From Marsupella aquatica (Eukaryota; Plantae; Marchantiophyta), in NCBI GenBank assembly GCA_973895155.1, contig OZ316893.1, positions 14,228,645 through 14,292,644 on the forward strand: 64,000 bases of DNA, read 5' to 3'. The position numbers were made by a program, and so were the translations under genes. The notes below the pieces were generated by a model. It had not been told where the DNA came from. It saw only the letters and a list, made by a program, of their open reading frames with translations, and made no database searches. This document shows, piece after piece, positions 11,440-24,300 of this stretch. Numbering within the stretch: position 1 is the stretch's first letter; every line of letters begins with the position of its first letter.

Positions 11440-13377
11440 GCAGAGGGTCATAGAGGCAAATCAAAGGGAGGAGGGAGGGCTGTGCCTTGACCCCGAGAGA
11501 GGAGAAGGAGAGGGGAGGCCCTCTTGCCCTGCCCTCAGCCCTTCCGGACCACGGCCATGGGGAGGGAGCGAGAGGCCAGAGGGGAGGTGGAGGCAAAGTG
11601 GAGGGGTTTTGGGCTGCAGGAAGGAGAGGGGAGAGGCAAATATGGGCTGTGAAATGGCAGAATTTTAGCAAAGTAGATTAGTGAAATTTTGAAGTTAATT
11701 ATCGAGTTACAGTTAAGTAGAGATCAAGTCATTAGGAAAATTACTATTTAAACCCTAAAAACATGACCAGAGCTTCATTCTATCCAGTCAAGGTTCAGTT
11801 TTAGTCAAGTGGCAGTTTTATAGAGGTGGATCAATCTGAAGTCATCTGCTTGGTTGGAGTAATGATTGCAGCGATTTGGGGCATGTATGGTAGCAACTTA
11901 GTTTATGAGGGATGCGATATCCCATTAGAAGATGGAAAGTTGTGTGCCTTAGGGCCAAGTGCTCATAGAGTTAGACTGAATAGAGAAAACCAGAATGTAG
12001 GGCTGTCGATACGGAATTGAGTGAATCATTTTTGTCGACCAGTAGGTTCAAGCCAATATATGTACAATTTCTTTATGTAAATCAATACTGTTGTCTATCA
12101 AGTGTGGGAAGAAGCCGGCTGCCAATTGTTTGGAGTCACTGGGCATGACTTTCATATGCAAGTTGGCACACAAGAAAGAGATTGTTTCCGTGTCATGAAT
12201 GAGTGTTGGGCAGTGAGAATTGTGGAGAATAGGAGCAGGAAAACTAAATAGATATTAGGGTTCTAAAAGATGAGAACCAACCCAACATACCAACGAACAA
12301 GGGAAGGAGCTAGAGATACAAGAGTGGAACAAGTGGAGGTTGTCATACAACCGTTTAACCTTGGAGCAACATAAACAGCGGACGAAATCGAGAAAGATTG
12401 CTCAAGAGAACGATTTACTGAAGAACAACCAACAAGGAGATGCAATATCCAGTAACAAGTAACAGTTGATAATTACTCGTTCTATTAGACAAGCGGAACA
12501 GGTAACAATTAACCAGGAGCTTTAGTGGAATAAAATGGTTACAAAAACTAAATAAGCAATCTGGCAGTTACAACTGCTTATAGTTAGGAGAGGTTAAGAA
12601 AAACCTGTCTGTATGAAGGATATAGGGTAATAGAGTAGGAGTGAGAAGGGTCTTTTGTTGTGGAAACTTTCAGGATTATGAAGCTAGAGAGGCAGCCCAG
12701 GAAGTGGTAGTGCTGAAATTGCTAGACCTGGAGGTAGAGAGATAGGAGCCCATGGAAGAACAACCATGTAAAGAAATTGATGTGTTCGTGAAATGAAAAA
12801 TGCAATCAAGACATACTGGCATAACCACATGGAGTATTCGATTACATAGCTTGTATTATTTTGTTGTATGTTAGTAGAGTTAAAGTTAAGAAGTTAATTG
12901 TAAAGAAAAGATGGCTGGAAATATTGATATTTGACAATGGGGAATTCATTTGGATTTGGTTGCAATGTAATACAGTACATTAGTTAGAAATGATAGAAAA
13001 ATTATAAATTTTGAACTTTTTCTAACTCAAAGGTGCAGTATAGTTATCTTTTGTAACAATTTAGATCAACTGGACACTTTACCTAATGTCATGTTACACC
13101 GGAGACTACTTCCTGTTCTGGATCTTGAACGACAGCAAAAGTCTTTACCTTTCTATCGGCATCACACTCAAGACATGGATGTAATTCAAGAAGCTATAAT
13201 TCAAGAAGCTAGACAAGAGAATACCTACACAAGAGTTTAGCAACCAGATCAGACAGCACTACTCCAACAAGATTAGTTCTCCTACGACAATAATTAAGAT
13301 TAGCCAATCTTTGCAATTTTAATTAAATAGTTAAAGTAGTTATAAAAGTCTCATACTTTTCCAGGAAATAGCCCTTA

Positions 13378-14758
13378 TGTAGTAGAACCTACCCTGAAGT
13401 ATCGGCTTAAACCGACATGTAATTTAGAAGTTATTCGCATTTTAATTTTGCTTAAGCGTAATTGCGCAAAGGCGCAACGGCGCTACTACTCCAAAAGCGC
13501 AAAGGCGCAACGGCGCTTCCAACACTTCGAAAATTTTCCGGAAAAATGTATTTTATATCCGACAATACTTTTCACCGATTTTATTAAGGCACTTAGACAC
13601 CTCAAAAAAGTCGGAAATTTTGCCACCATGTAGCATGTATGTAAATCTTCCACCTAGAAAAGTTTCAATTCATTTTGACCTTTATGTTAGAAATTAAAAT
13701 TCAGAAAAGTTGATATTTATTAGTTTTATGACAAAAATGCAAAAAACACTTTTACTCCAGTTTACACTAGGGCTAACTTTTGGTTAGTTTATCATTCCAT
13801 CAACATTCTAGTGAACCTTGAGTACTCTTATAGTATATTTTCATACTTTTTACTTTAGTTTATGACCCTTAAGATATGAAAGGGCATGTCCTTTCATTAT
13901 CTCTTTTCCCCTTAGCTCCTGCTAGCCTATATGTAGTAGACTTTATGTCACTTTTTGTGTGAAGAAATTTCATGAGCGCTTAGTTGCAAGATTGCAACTT
14001 TGTTACCTCCATTTGTAGCAAGCACTCTATGTTGTTGATGAGTACTTAATACAGAGGATTCTTTCCCCTTCCTTGTGTTTGAATGTTGAGATTTCAGACC
14101 AGAAAAGTAAAACTTTGTGATTGATGAATCTTTTGAATGTCTGGAGATAGATTCATTAATTGGTGAAGGCTATACATTCTTGAGTTCTTGATGCATATAT
14201 TTTTGACATAACATTACTTGTGCACGAGGTGCAAAGAATGTTATCACCCAATTACCTATGACTTTAAGTTGTTGATGATGGTGCTTGATATTCGTGACTC
14301 AAAGTACCGATTGGATGCTGAAGTGATTGGTTGTTAATCCTAACTTAGTACCTTGGAAGGAAAGGTTGAGATATGTTGACAGCACTTTAATAAACCATCC
14401 TAGTAAAGCATTCAATTCCAGAAATGTCCTTACGGATTCTTCACCTTAAATCATCTCAAAGTAAGTTATGTTGAGGAGTCACCTTGGTTGTTTCCTAACT
14501 CCCTCACCAAACCTTAAGATTTTTATTGTGTTTTATTAATTGTTTCCATTTGTTAATTTTATTTACAATGTTAAGCAAACATTCAAAACTATGCCTTGCT
14601 GAGCAACCATAGTAAAAGGCTCACCTTTGTGTTTTTGTTACTTAAGTCATTCATAAGTGCTAAATCATAGAAAATTATTCCTTACATGTTCTTCCATAGG
14701 AATGAATACCGAGTTTTGGATCTTAAATGTTTATTTATGTCCCTAGTGTGATACTACA
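13378..14758. mobile_element. Possible degenerate solo or partial LTR
   Basis: TGTAGTA...TACTACA inverted termini and an LTR-like AT-rich 3' part. No TSD found, and an alternative TGTAGTA start exists at 13932. Confidence 0.3.
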
Positions 14759-14848
14759 TGCAACATGTTAAGAAAAAATCAGTGCAAGAGTAGTATAAAG
14801 AGTAATTGATAAGAGATGATGTAAAAGAGAGACCCAAAGTAGTGTAAT

Positions 14849-14945
14849 ATGGAATTATCTACCTTTGATTGGTTGTTTAAATTTGAACGCATTCCATTTG
14901 GGCTAAAGAATGCACCAAGTGAATGCAAACACATAATTGAAAGTT
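14849..14945 (+). pseudogene. Short reverse-transcriptase remnant (gypsy- or caulimovirid-type)
   Basis: FKFERIPFGLKNAPSECKHII matches the RT motif mPFGLkNAPs-FQ. Confidence 0.6.
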
Positions 14946-15273
14946 GGATGAAAATTATTGAAGAAGAAGATTTAATAATTGAGGAACCTACCACAATGGA
15001 ACTTGAGATCCTCTTAGAAGAAACATTAGTTGAAGGGTAAATGGTACTTGACCTTCAATTCAGGTGACAGGTGAGGTATGCGGCTAGGGAAAGTTGGATC
15101 AATGTCTCGAGTAATTGCACAAGTCATCACTATCTAATTGTCGGAAAGGCTGGATAGCAAGTGAAGAGTGTACAAGAAATCAAGTAAATTGAAGTCGTAT
15201 AATGTTTGATTGATACAAGAAAGGACATTAATGAAGTTAAGAGATATGTGGGATAAATTTGAGGATTTGGCAA

Positions 15274-15935
15274 CTAGTCAAAACCAGCGGTTAACACGCT
15301 GCGGGAGGGGGAGGGGCAGGATGCAGTTGGGGCTCCCTCGAGGTGGCATCCTGTTGGGGGCACAGGCATCATGGCGCGCGTGGCAGGGTCAGAGCCGCAG
15401 AACGGAGGCAGGGTCAGGGCGCGGCAGTGGCGGTGCAGTAGTCGGGGTGCGGCAGCATCTCGAAGGGCCGAGGAGTGTGAGGGAGGGAGTTGGGCTGTGG
15501 CGCAAGGAGGGAGTGGGGAGTAGAGAGGGAGAGGAGACAGTCAAGAGAGAGAGGAGAGCTGCGAGTTGGGCCAGGGCGGAGGGTGACAGCCACAAGGTCA
15601 AGCGAGTCAACTCGCAATTGGGCGTCGAGTCAGGCGTCCTTGGGCTGGTCACCGCGGCAGTCGTTGGGGCATCCTTAGGTCAGGCTGCAGGGTTTGGGCG
15701 TGGAGGGAGGGCGAGTTGCGGCTCTGAGTCAAGCCGAGGAGGGAGAAAGCGGCCGTGACTTTGGGAAAAGGGGAGTGCATGGGAGAGTGTGTGGCGTGGT
15801 CCTGCAACTCAATTTTTTTGTCATATTGCTTTCAGTTTTCCAGGACGGTGTGTATTTTACTCACACAAAAAACCCCGGTAATTTTAAACAACTACCACAC
15901 CGTTTTTTGGCGCAACTGTGTATTCTAGTTTAGGA
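15274..15935 (-). mobile_element. Probable 662-bp non-autonomous Helitron
   Basis: Minus strand reads A|TCCTAAACTAG...CAGCG-tgttaac-CGCTG hairpin, 7 nt, CTAG|T; no TSD; GC-rich interior contrasts with flanks. Confidence 0.6.
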
Positions 15936-17430
15936 TTGGTGGTATCATTTCTACACATCTACCAAGTGAAAGTGGTTGATTTATTTGCTAACACGAATAA
16001 GGGATTAGTCTTTCCTTGAATCTTAAGTAGAGACCAGGAGAGATAAATCCTTACAGAAAAAAGGATTCCAACCTGTTCATCTTTGCCCCTTTCTGGTTTT
16101 TTGTAGCACCCTCATTTTCAATTATGCCACCAATTAGAGTCACTGTCTAGAGGCTTTGTTTTGAAAGGACTAGGCTCCCCCGGAAAGTCTAGATGCCTTT
16201 CTCAAGTCATCAAAATTTAATGAATTTAAATCTAACTTTCTCAGATATAGTAATTTTTTTAATATATATTACAAAAAATGAGAAAAAGGAATTTCTTCTC
16301 CCTCCGTGTACTGCAGAGTGGCCATGCCTAGACATCACTTTGCTTTATTTACATTTACTTTCTTTGGTTCCAATTTCTTGCCTCACCTGGACATATTTGC
16401 TTGAACTCCATTTGGTTATTTGGAAAGTAAAGCCCCCATGTACCACCATGTTGGACACGTGTTCCCATGGACCACATTTTGGTGGTCTATGGGAGTTTTG
16501 GGCTTATAACTTGATGAAAATGAGTCTTACAAATAAATTTTAGTTTTTCACCTACAAGGCAACTAGAGAAGGAGGAGACAGGGAAACAACACAAGCCCTA
16601 ATATTTCATATTAACACATTACTTAATCTAATCAAATTCACCCCTCCGCATTCCATGATGAATAACTTAGCCAGAATGGCCAAAAATTCATTATCACTTG
16701 AAACTAAAACCCAAATGGACTGAGACATTGTCCCTGTCCATCCCCATGGACTCCATAAAGCAATTGCCTCTTTTACACCAACAAGAAAAAAGGAACCGGT
16801 CATAGATTGCAGTTGACCACTTTAACTACCCTGTTGGGAAAGCCTCGGAGAAAGTAGTCAGGATGTCATCATGTTTTTAGAAAATGACCTCAATTCAATG
16901 TAATATATAGCTCAATAATGTTGCCAAAGAATAATGGAGCTTCTTTGTCTTGCAACTCCAATCTCAATCCAATTGAAAGCAAGCAAAATGGATCAATGAG
17001 ATGGAAGATGTGATTGGAAACATTTACACCACTCCCTCGGCCACTCGCTCCAATATAATATCATGGATTTGAGCCCTCCCCTTACAAAAACAGTCAAGTA
17101 GTCACAAACTTCACGAGTACATAGCACAGTTTCAAAATGTTTGTGACTTTGTGACGACTTACTTAACAAGGTTGTCAAAGTTGTCAGCTGCTAGTGACGT
17201 TAGCCTTACCTTCAAAGGCCATCAAGTTGTCAAGTAACCAAGGAGACCGGTTTGGTGATGTAAGTGAAGCCTGCTACAAACGGTTCGGAGACGGTTTACA
17301 AGTCATTCAAGTCAAAAGTATAAACAATGTTATTTGAGTCAATTAAAATGTTTTGAGCAAGTCCGTCCAAGCTTTGCCACTCCATCTGGGGTTCAAAGAC
17401 AAATTCAAGGGCCATCCGGGCTCTAGTATC

Positions 17431-17627
17431 TTGTCACTTTGATGGAAGTGTAGTTACCTACTTCTTAGCACATCCTCAAAACTAGAAAATTTTGAAATGA
17501 TTAACATCAAGTTTTACAATTAAACTCAAATTTGATAAATGTGGTCCATAAGTGTTTTCAAAGACTCACAGACATTGTAGTCCATGGGAGCATCATTTTC
17601 AACTTTCTGAGATAATGTAAATATAAT
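17431..17627. repeat. Dispersed ~200-bp repeat, second copy at ~19481-19675
   Basis: tgtcactttgatggaagtgta...ttagcacatcctcaaaacta...ccatgggagcatcattttcaacttt present at both sites. Confidence 0.8.
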
Positions 17628-18114
17628 GACGGACCCCCATGGGAAGTCCCTCCAAAATTCTTTGATGCACGTGTAGCAATATCAGCATGATTTGTCCCGA
17701 ACAAGAACCGTTAGTTATGAAGAAGAACCCAATTTGACTATTCGTGTTTGAGGCAAGACAAATAAAAATAATTAGACCCTGTAACTGTAAAAATAATGGA
17801 AAATTGAAAAGTAACATTTCAAGTAAACAAAGAAAATGGTAAGATAGGGGTGAAAGAAAATAATATTTGGATGAGTTGTGATTGATAATTAGTGTTTCCT
17901 GGTAATTTGTTTCAATTTTTTCTTTAATTTTCATATTTTTGAAATAATGACAAGTAGAAAAAAAAACTCTTCAACTACTCTAACATTTACCAAGGTAACA
18001 TAAGAAATCCAAGAAACTTTTCAACTTCCATAACATTTGCCAAGCTAACTTAAGAAACCCTTTGGCTACTATGGATAGAGGAGTAACAAGCAAAGATAAG
18101 AAACAAAAGAACTA

Positions 18115-18549
18115 CACTGTTCACCGTAATTAGTGTGACTAACACTAATTCGAGAGCGCCCATTTTCAGGGTCCACTCGCGAATTAGTGTTAGTCACACT
18201 AATTTTGTGCTAACACTATTTTTGCGTACATGAATTAGTGTTACTATGGTCTTAAAAGTGGCAAAATAGAGTAAAAAAAGACTATTTTGAAAAATCCACA
18301 ACAATTAGTGTTACTTTGGACTAAAGATCAGCCATTTTTTACAAGCAATTTATACTAAAGTGAACAAAATCTGTTTTGAAAACCAACAAAAATTAGTGTT
18401 ACTTGGGCTCAAAATCATTTTTACCAAAATTAGTGTTAGTAACACTAATTATGTACTAACACTAATTCTGGCATAACACTAATTACGGTCAAGAGTGTAC
18501 TATGAATATAAGAATAATTTTGGCATAACACTAATTATGGTGAACAGTG
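18115..18549. mobile_element. 435-bp MITE, CACTG...CAGTG termini, TA flanks, many AATTAGTGTTA subterminal repeats
   Basis: CACTGTTCACCGTAATTAGTGT / ACACTAATTATGGTGAACAGTG (21/22); TA on both sides; right end lies in a 51-bp tandem duplication (~18465-18568). Confidence 0.85.
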
Positions 18550-19024
18550 TACTATGAGTATAAGAATAGGAAGGGACTCTAAGACCTTTCAACTCCTTTG
18601 GACAAAATAATATTTTGCATAAACTATATGAAATGTTACTATTGTATAGACATAGAGAGTAATACCATGAATGTACTACTAATTGTTTCACTGAAATTGT
18701 CCTAACTACTTTTAAAATTCACTTGGTAGATAGAGAGAGTAATACCATGAATGTACTCCTAATTGTCTTCACTGAAATTGTCCTAACTACTTTTAAAATT
18801 CACTTCATTCATAATTTTGCATTTAATCTCTGTCCTCTCATGAATGTACTCTTATTAATCTTCAATGAAATTGTCCTAACTATTTTTAAAATACATTTCA
18901 TTTAGAATTCTCCATTTAACCTTTGTTCTCTCATCTATCTATTTCCAATGTGCAACTCTTCATGGCTCCCAAATAGGTCAATAAAACAAACTTACATAAC
19001 CAAGGGGTACTCAAACTAATTGAT

Positions 19025-20100
19025 AGATGTCTTAGTGTTAAATCACAAAGAGAGCTAAAGTCAGAGTCAGGCTTCTGGTCAGAGTGAAGCCTCTAGTACC
19101 CCACCAAAGTCTAGTGATGGGAGAAAACAATGAATCATCAACAATTAATCATCAGTTAAAGAATGAACAATGAAACATCCTTCCTATTAAGAATGAGCAT
19201 TCAGGCTCATTATTACAAAAGAAGAAAAAAAAAGGCCAAACATGAATTTTTTTTCTCCTTCCATATAGTGGGGAGTGACCATGCTCATATTCCAAAAGAA
19301 AAAGAAAGGGTCCCTCCATGTAGTGGGGAGTGACCATGGGTGGACCCCATCACTTTACTGTAAGTACATGTCTATTCTCTTCCATTTTCTTGCCTCACCT
19401 GGACATATTTGCCATAACTCCATGTCTTTATTTTTTGCCTGTGCATAGACAAAGTCAAGGTCTATCCTGGCTTAGGTTCCTGTCACTTTGATGGAAGTGT
19501 ACTGTAGTTACCTCCTCATTAGCACATCCTCAAAACTAAAAAATATTTGAGATTATTAACATCAAGTTTTACAATTAAACTCAAATTGTGGGAAATTTGG
19601 TCTATGGGTTTTCAAGACCAACATTGTGGTCCATGGGAGCATCATTTTCAACTTTGTGAGATAGTGTAAATATCATTGACAGATGTCTTAGTGTTAAATT
19701 ACAAAGAGAAGCTAGAGTTGGGGCCTAGGCTTCTGGTCAGAGTGAAGCCTCTAGACAATGCCTCTAGGGCCCCACCAAAGTCTAGTGATGGAAATAAACA
19801 ATGAATCATGGTTGATGGTTCTTATTAATATTAATGAACAATGAAACATCCTTCCTATTAAAGAATGAGCATTATTACAAAAGAAAAGAAAAAGGCGAAA
19901 ATTGAACCTTTTTTCTCCTTCCATATAGTGGGGAGTGACCATGCTGATTATTACAAAAGAAAAAAAAAGGTCCCTCCATATAGTGGGGAGTGACCATGCG
20001 TGGACCCCATCACTTTGCTGTATGTATATGTCTACTCTGTTCCATTTTCTTACCTCACCTGGACATATTTGCCTTAACTCCATATCTTGATTTTTTGCCT
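19025..20100. repeat. Direct repeat of ~415 bp (19025-19440 and 19681-20100); partial third copy ~16322-16410
   Basis: agatgtcttagtgttaaat...ggcttctggtcagagtgaagcctctag...cctcacctggacatatttgcc shared. Confidence 0.85.
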
Positions 20101-21361
20101 GGGTATCTTATAAAAGTTTTAAAAGTCACAGGTACATATTACCAGTCATACAGTTCGCAAATCAGTATTTACAGTAGTGAGCTCAGTGTCAGGTCGGATT
20201 CTTCACTCGTGGGAGATTCGAGTTATAACACTTTGAATGTTCGACAAAAGTCAATCAAAATCCTGTCGGACACAGTAGTTGATTACTTGGGATCACGCCT
20301 AATGAAGCTCTTGCGATTCTCCAGAAAGTGGCGCGAATATCTGTCTGCACTTGTCTACAGTTGGGTAGACTCACATATTCCTGAAGGCGTAGACTCGACT
20401 CGTGGCAAGTTGGCAACTCTCTTCAGAGAAGAGATAAGATACTCTAGACGAATGGATGGGTGCTTAGATGAATCGGAATCAGGTACTGTGGACTGGTAGA
20501 GATTCGAGCTCACTTCAGACCGTAATCAATGCAGTACGAGGCGAGCTCGAATTTGAACCACAGCAGGAGCTCCAATTATCTCGATCACTGTTGGGTTTTT
20601 TCCTATAATGCAATCCGACGCCTGGCGGCGGACCTTAATGATGTCAACAGATTTTGAGCAGGTCGCTTATTACTCGAGTTGGGTGGTTGCTTGTGAGATT
20701 GTTGTGCCTGACTGCAATTGATGGTACAGCCCACGGACGAGAAATTAAAAATGTCAACTTATGTGCAGATGTGCTTCTTGTGATCTTTGAATAGTAGAGA
20801 AGATCCAAGTTCCGTTCGAGACCATAAACTAATGGCACTGTCTGTCATCAATCATCAATTCCCAGCTCCAGCTGTGTGAGGTGACTAAGGTGGGTCGATG
20901 AAGATGTTCGAGTATTTTTTTTTCATTCTGCGCTTACTGTTCTTTCGAGCTAATCATTACCATAGAGGAAACACATTGCTCCCTTTCCGGTTGTGTATCT
21001 CAAAATGTACGTCGCTGTTTTAGTTTGATGAGAAATTGGTAAACGTGTCAGGCCACAATTCAGGACATAGAGAGAAACTGAGTGATTGGACACAATTTTG
21101 GATCCTCGGGGTACCCGTCAGACATCGGAAAATTAGAGCAGGCTAGTAATTTCTGGCACAGATTGCAATGCGCGGAATGCTGAGCACATTGTTTGACCAG
21201 GACCAGACATCTTATGAGCTAGGTCATCTTCTGACTTCTAGATTTGGTGAGGACTAGTCGAGGTCACCGTGGACTGCTTCGAATTGTGAGGAAAAGGCTG
21301 AGAGAGGATTTGTTACCGGTGAGTAAACGAAGAACTGCGTTGAAGTGCAGTGGGATCGAAG

Positions 21362-24300
21362 ATGGGGAGACCTCTGGTGTTCGCATTGAATGGAGAGCGA
21401 GTAGAGCTGGCGGAAGTGGACCCGCGCACAACGTTGCTGCAGTACATTCGCTCTCAGCCTAGTTTGCAAGGCACCAAGTTTGCATGCGGTGAAGGTACAT
21501 TCAAACAAAAGAGACAATGTCACCAATTCTTACATGCATGGGAGTACTGTCTAAGACTCGATATCAGCACTCGATTTCACAGTCTTCCCAAAAACCAGTG
21601 TCCACACTCTCCAGCTTTGTGCTATGCGCTCGGTCGAGTCATCTCGATTGCCAGGGCGCAACATTTCAAGGACTCGAATTAATCGAATGTAATTGTCAAA
21701 GATGTTTTGTAATGGTTTAAGGTTCTCGTTAGCTATACGAGGAAAGATAACTGAACTCAATCAGGTTCATGATCGGTAGAATATTCCAGGTCGATCTCAA
21801 AGTGATGACGGTGTTGTCCAACTCCCAAACATATCCTTTTAGAACAGGTTACTAGAATAGATAACGGAGTCCTAGACCAGTGAATATTTTCAAGAAGGTG
21901 GTACTCCTCGTGGCTGGCTCTTCCATGTTCGTAGAGATGCGGATCACACTCGTGTGCTATCTTCCACCCACTTTGAAGGGAAGTCAATTACTTTGTCCGG
22001 TCTTCTGATTCGATGATGTTCCACTTGAAAAATATTTTTGTCGTGCATCGTTGAGCAGGTTTTCAGCTCGCCTTAAGGAAAGCTTCTTGACTGGTCACTT
22101 GAACATCCGAAACCCTTTTCTAGGATTCGGTAGGAATTCATGGATGTGGTGGATGTTGGATGTGTTGGATTTGGTACGAAAAAATTATGGATTTGTTGGA
22201 AGCTCGGTCTCTGTAGGTGGGTGCGGGGCGTGCACGGTGCTTCTCTCAAAGTATGATCCTACCTCAAAGCAGGTGGAAGAGCTGACAATCAACTCCTGTC
22301 TGGCTCTTTTGTGTTCAATCGATGGCTGCGCTGTCACCACAACAGAGGGTCTGAAGACATCCAAGAATAATTTCCATGCAATACACAAACGCCTGGCCGG
22401 ATTCCATGCTTCCCAATGTGGATTCTGTACCCCCGGGATGACCATGTCCATCTATGGGGGTTTGCGAAAGACTGCATGTGCTAAAGCTAAAATCTCAACA
22501 GTGTTTGAGCAGGCTAAAATTAATGGTCGTTCACTAGAGGCAAGCAATGGCAACAATTCATTAGCAGGTGTGCCGACAGGAACCCTAGATACAACGAAAA
22601 CTATCTCTGGAAACATATGTCGATGTACGGGGTACAGACCCATCTTGGATGTATGCAAGAGCTTTTCAGGTGAAGTGGATGTAGAAGACCTCGGACTGAA
22701 TTCCTTCTGGGAGTCTAAGGAGAAGGCGGATGCTGCTCTCCTCCCTCGCTACAACGCCGACGAGGACCCAAAGTTTCCGACCTTCCTCATCGACGAGCTT
22801 GAATCACGGAAAAAGGTGAATTTCCCGCACAATTGCCTCTCCTTCCAACTCGTAGACGGAAGCGAGGGAACATTTAGACGACAATGGATAACGGCGGACA
22901 GCATATCGAATGCTTTCGACCTCCTGAAAAAGTACAGCACCGAAAAGCTAGAGGTACGTCTTGTAGTTGGGAATACCAGTGCGGGAGTGTACAAAGACAT
23001 CCATCCGCAGGTGTACATAGACATTGGGAACTTACCAGACCTGCAAGTTGTGAAGGCAACTGGAGAGGGTTTGGAGTTGGGTGCAGGAATTCCGGTGAGC
23101 AAGCTCATCGGTATACTCGAAGTAGAGTCAAACTCTGGGAATGTTGTGTACCAGGAGCTTGCAAAGCATGCGAAGCAGATTGCAACAGAGCAAGTTAGGA
23201 ATCGGGCTAGTCTGGGTGGAAACCTCATATTGGCTCAAAAGCACGGCTTTGATTCTGACCTCGCCACAATTCTGTTGGGTGCTGGCGCTGAGGTGACAGT
23301 GGCATCTACGGAAGGACGAAGCAAGATACCACTCGAGGAATTTCTCTCACAGGGTTCTCTCCAACCAGGACGAATCCTGGTCTCTATATACATCCCCAGC
23401 TGGAGTGATCTCTCGAATGCCGGACTTCCGGAACCCAAACTGTTCTTCAAGACGTACCGAATTTCTTGTCGACCCAGTGGCAATGCAATCGCTTACATCA
23501 ACGCCGCTTTTCTTGCCGTCGTTGATGAGAGTGCACAGGTGGTAAAGGATTTGAAGCTTGCCTTTGGTGCTTTCGGAGGACCCCATGCAATTCGAGCTAG
23601 GAAGGCGGAGGAATTGCTGCTGGAAAAACGAATCACTCCAGCTGGGCTTCTCGAAGCGATCACAGTGTTGAAAGAAGAGATAAACCCGCCACCTACGGTT
23701 CCTAAATCAGCTTATCGGAGAAGTGTTGCTGTTGGATACTTCTTCGACTTCTTCAACGCCTCTCCACTCTCTTCTAAATTAGGACTTACTTCAACTTCTG
23801 CTCCTGCCGCTGCCAGTGAGGAGGACGACGATGAAGATAGAGAGGTTCGAAGAACAATAGTAAATGGCAATGAGTTGGTCTCAAATGAGCCGGCCCCGAG
23901 CAACGGCACGGCAACAAATGGGGATGCCTTGACTAATGGGAATGCTCATGCCGTATCCAAAGATGATCCTCGTATTGTTGAGTTCGGGTCTAAGATGAAA
24001 CAAAAGGTAGTCAGGCGGAAAAGTCAGACATTGAGGACAGTAGGGAGTCAAACATTCGCAACTTATAATGAATTTTGGCCGGTAGCTCAGCCTACGGAGA
24101 AGATTGGTGCCATCCTGCAAGCTTCAGGTTAGTCCTGTAGTCTCACCCATGACATGGATTTATCATCCATTTTTTGTCGACTCTTGAACAATTTGTCAGA
24201 TACGCTCTGGCATTCCGTAGTCTTGGATTGCTTTAGTCTCGCTTGTTCCAATCAAGCATTGGTGAAAGCAAGTTTCAAATCCTTTACCTTGAGTCCGACG

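Noticed and set aside
13464-13517. 21-bp exact repeat pair (GCGCAAAGGCGCAACGGCGCT) with 12-bp spacer, CRISPR-like
   Set aside because: Only two units, short spacer, eukaryotic context, no cas genes.
19990-20499. 169-aa ORF upstream of AO
   Set aside because: Starts inside a dispersed repeat; no domain signal.
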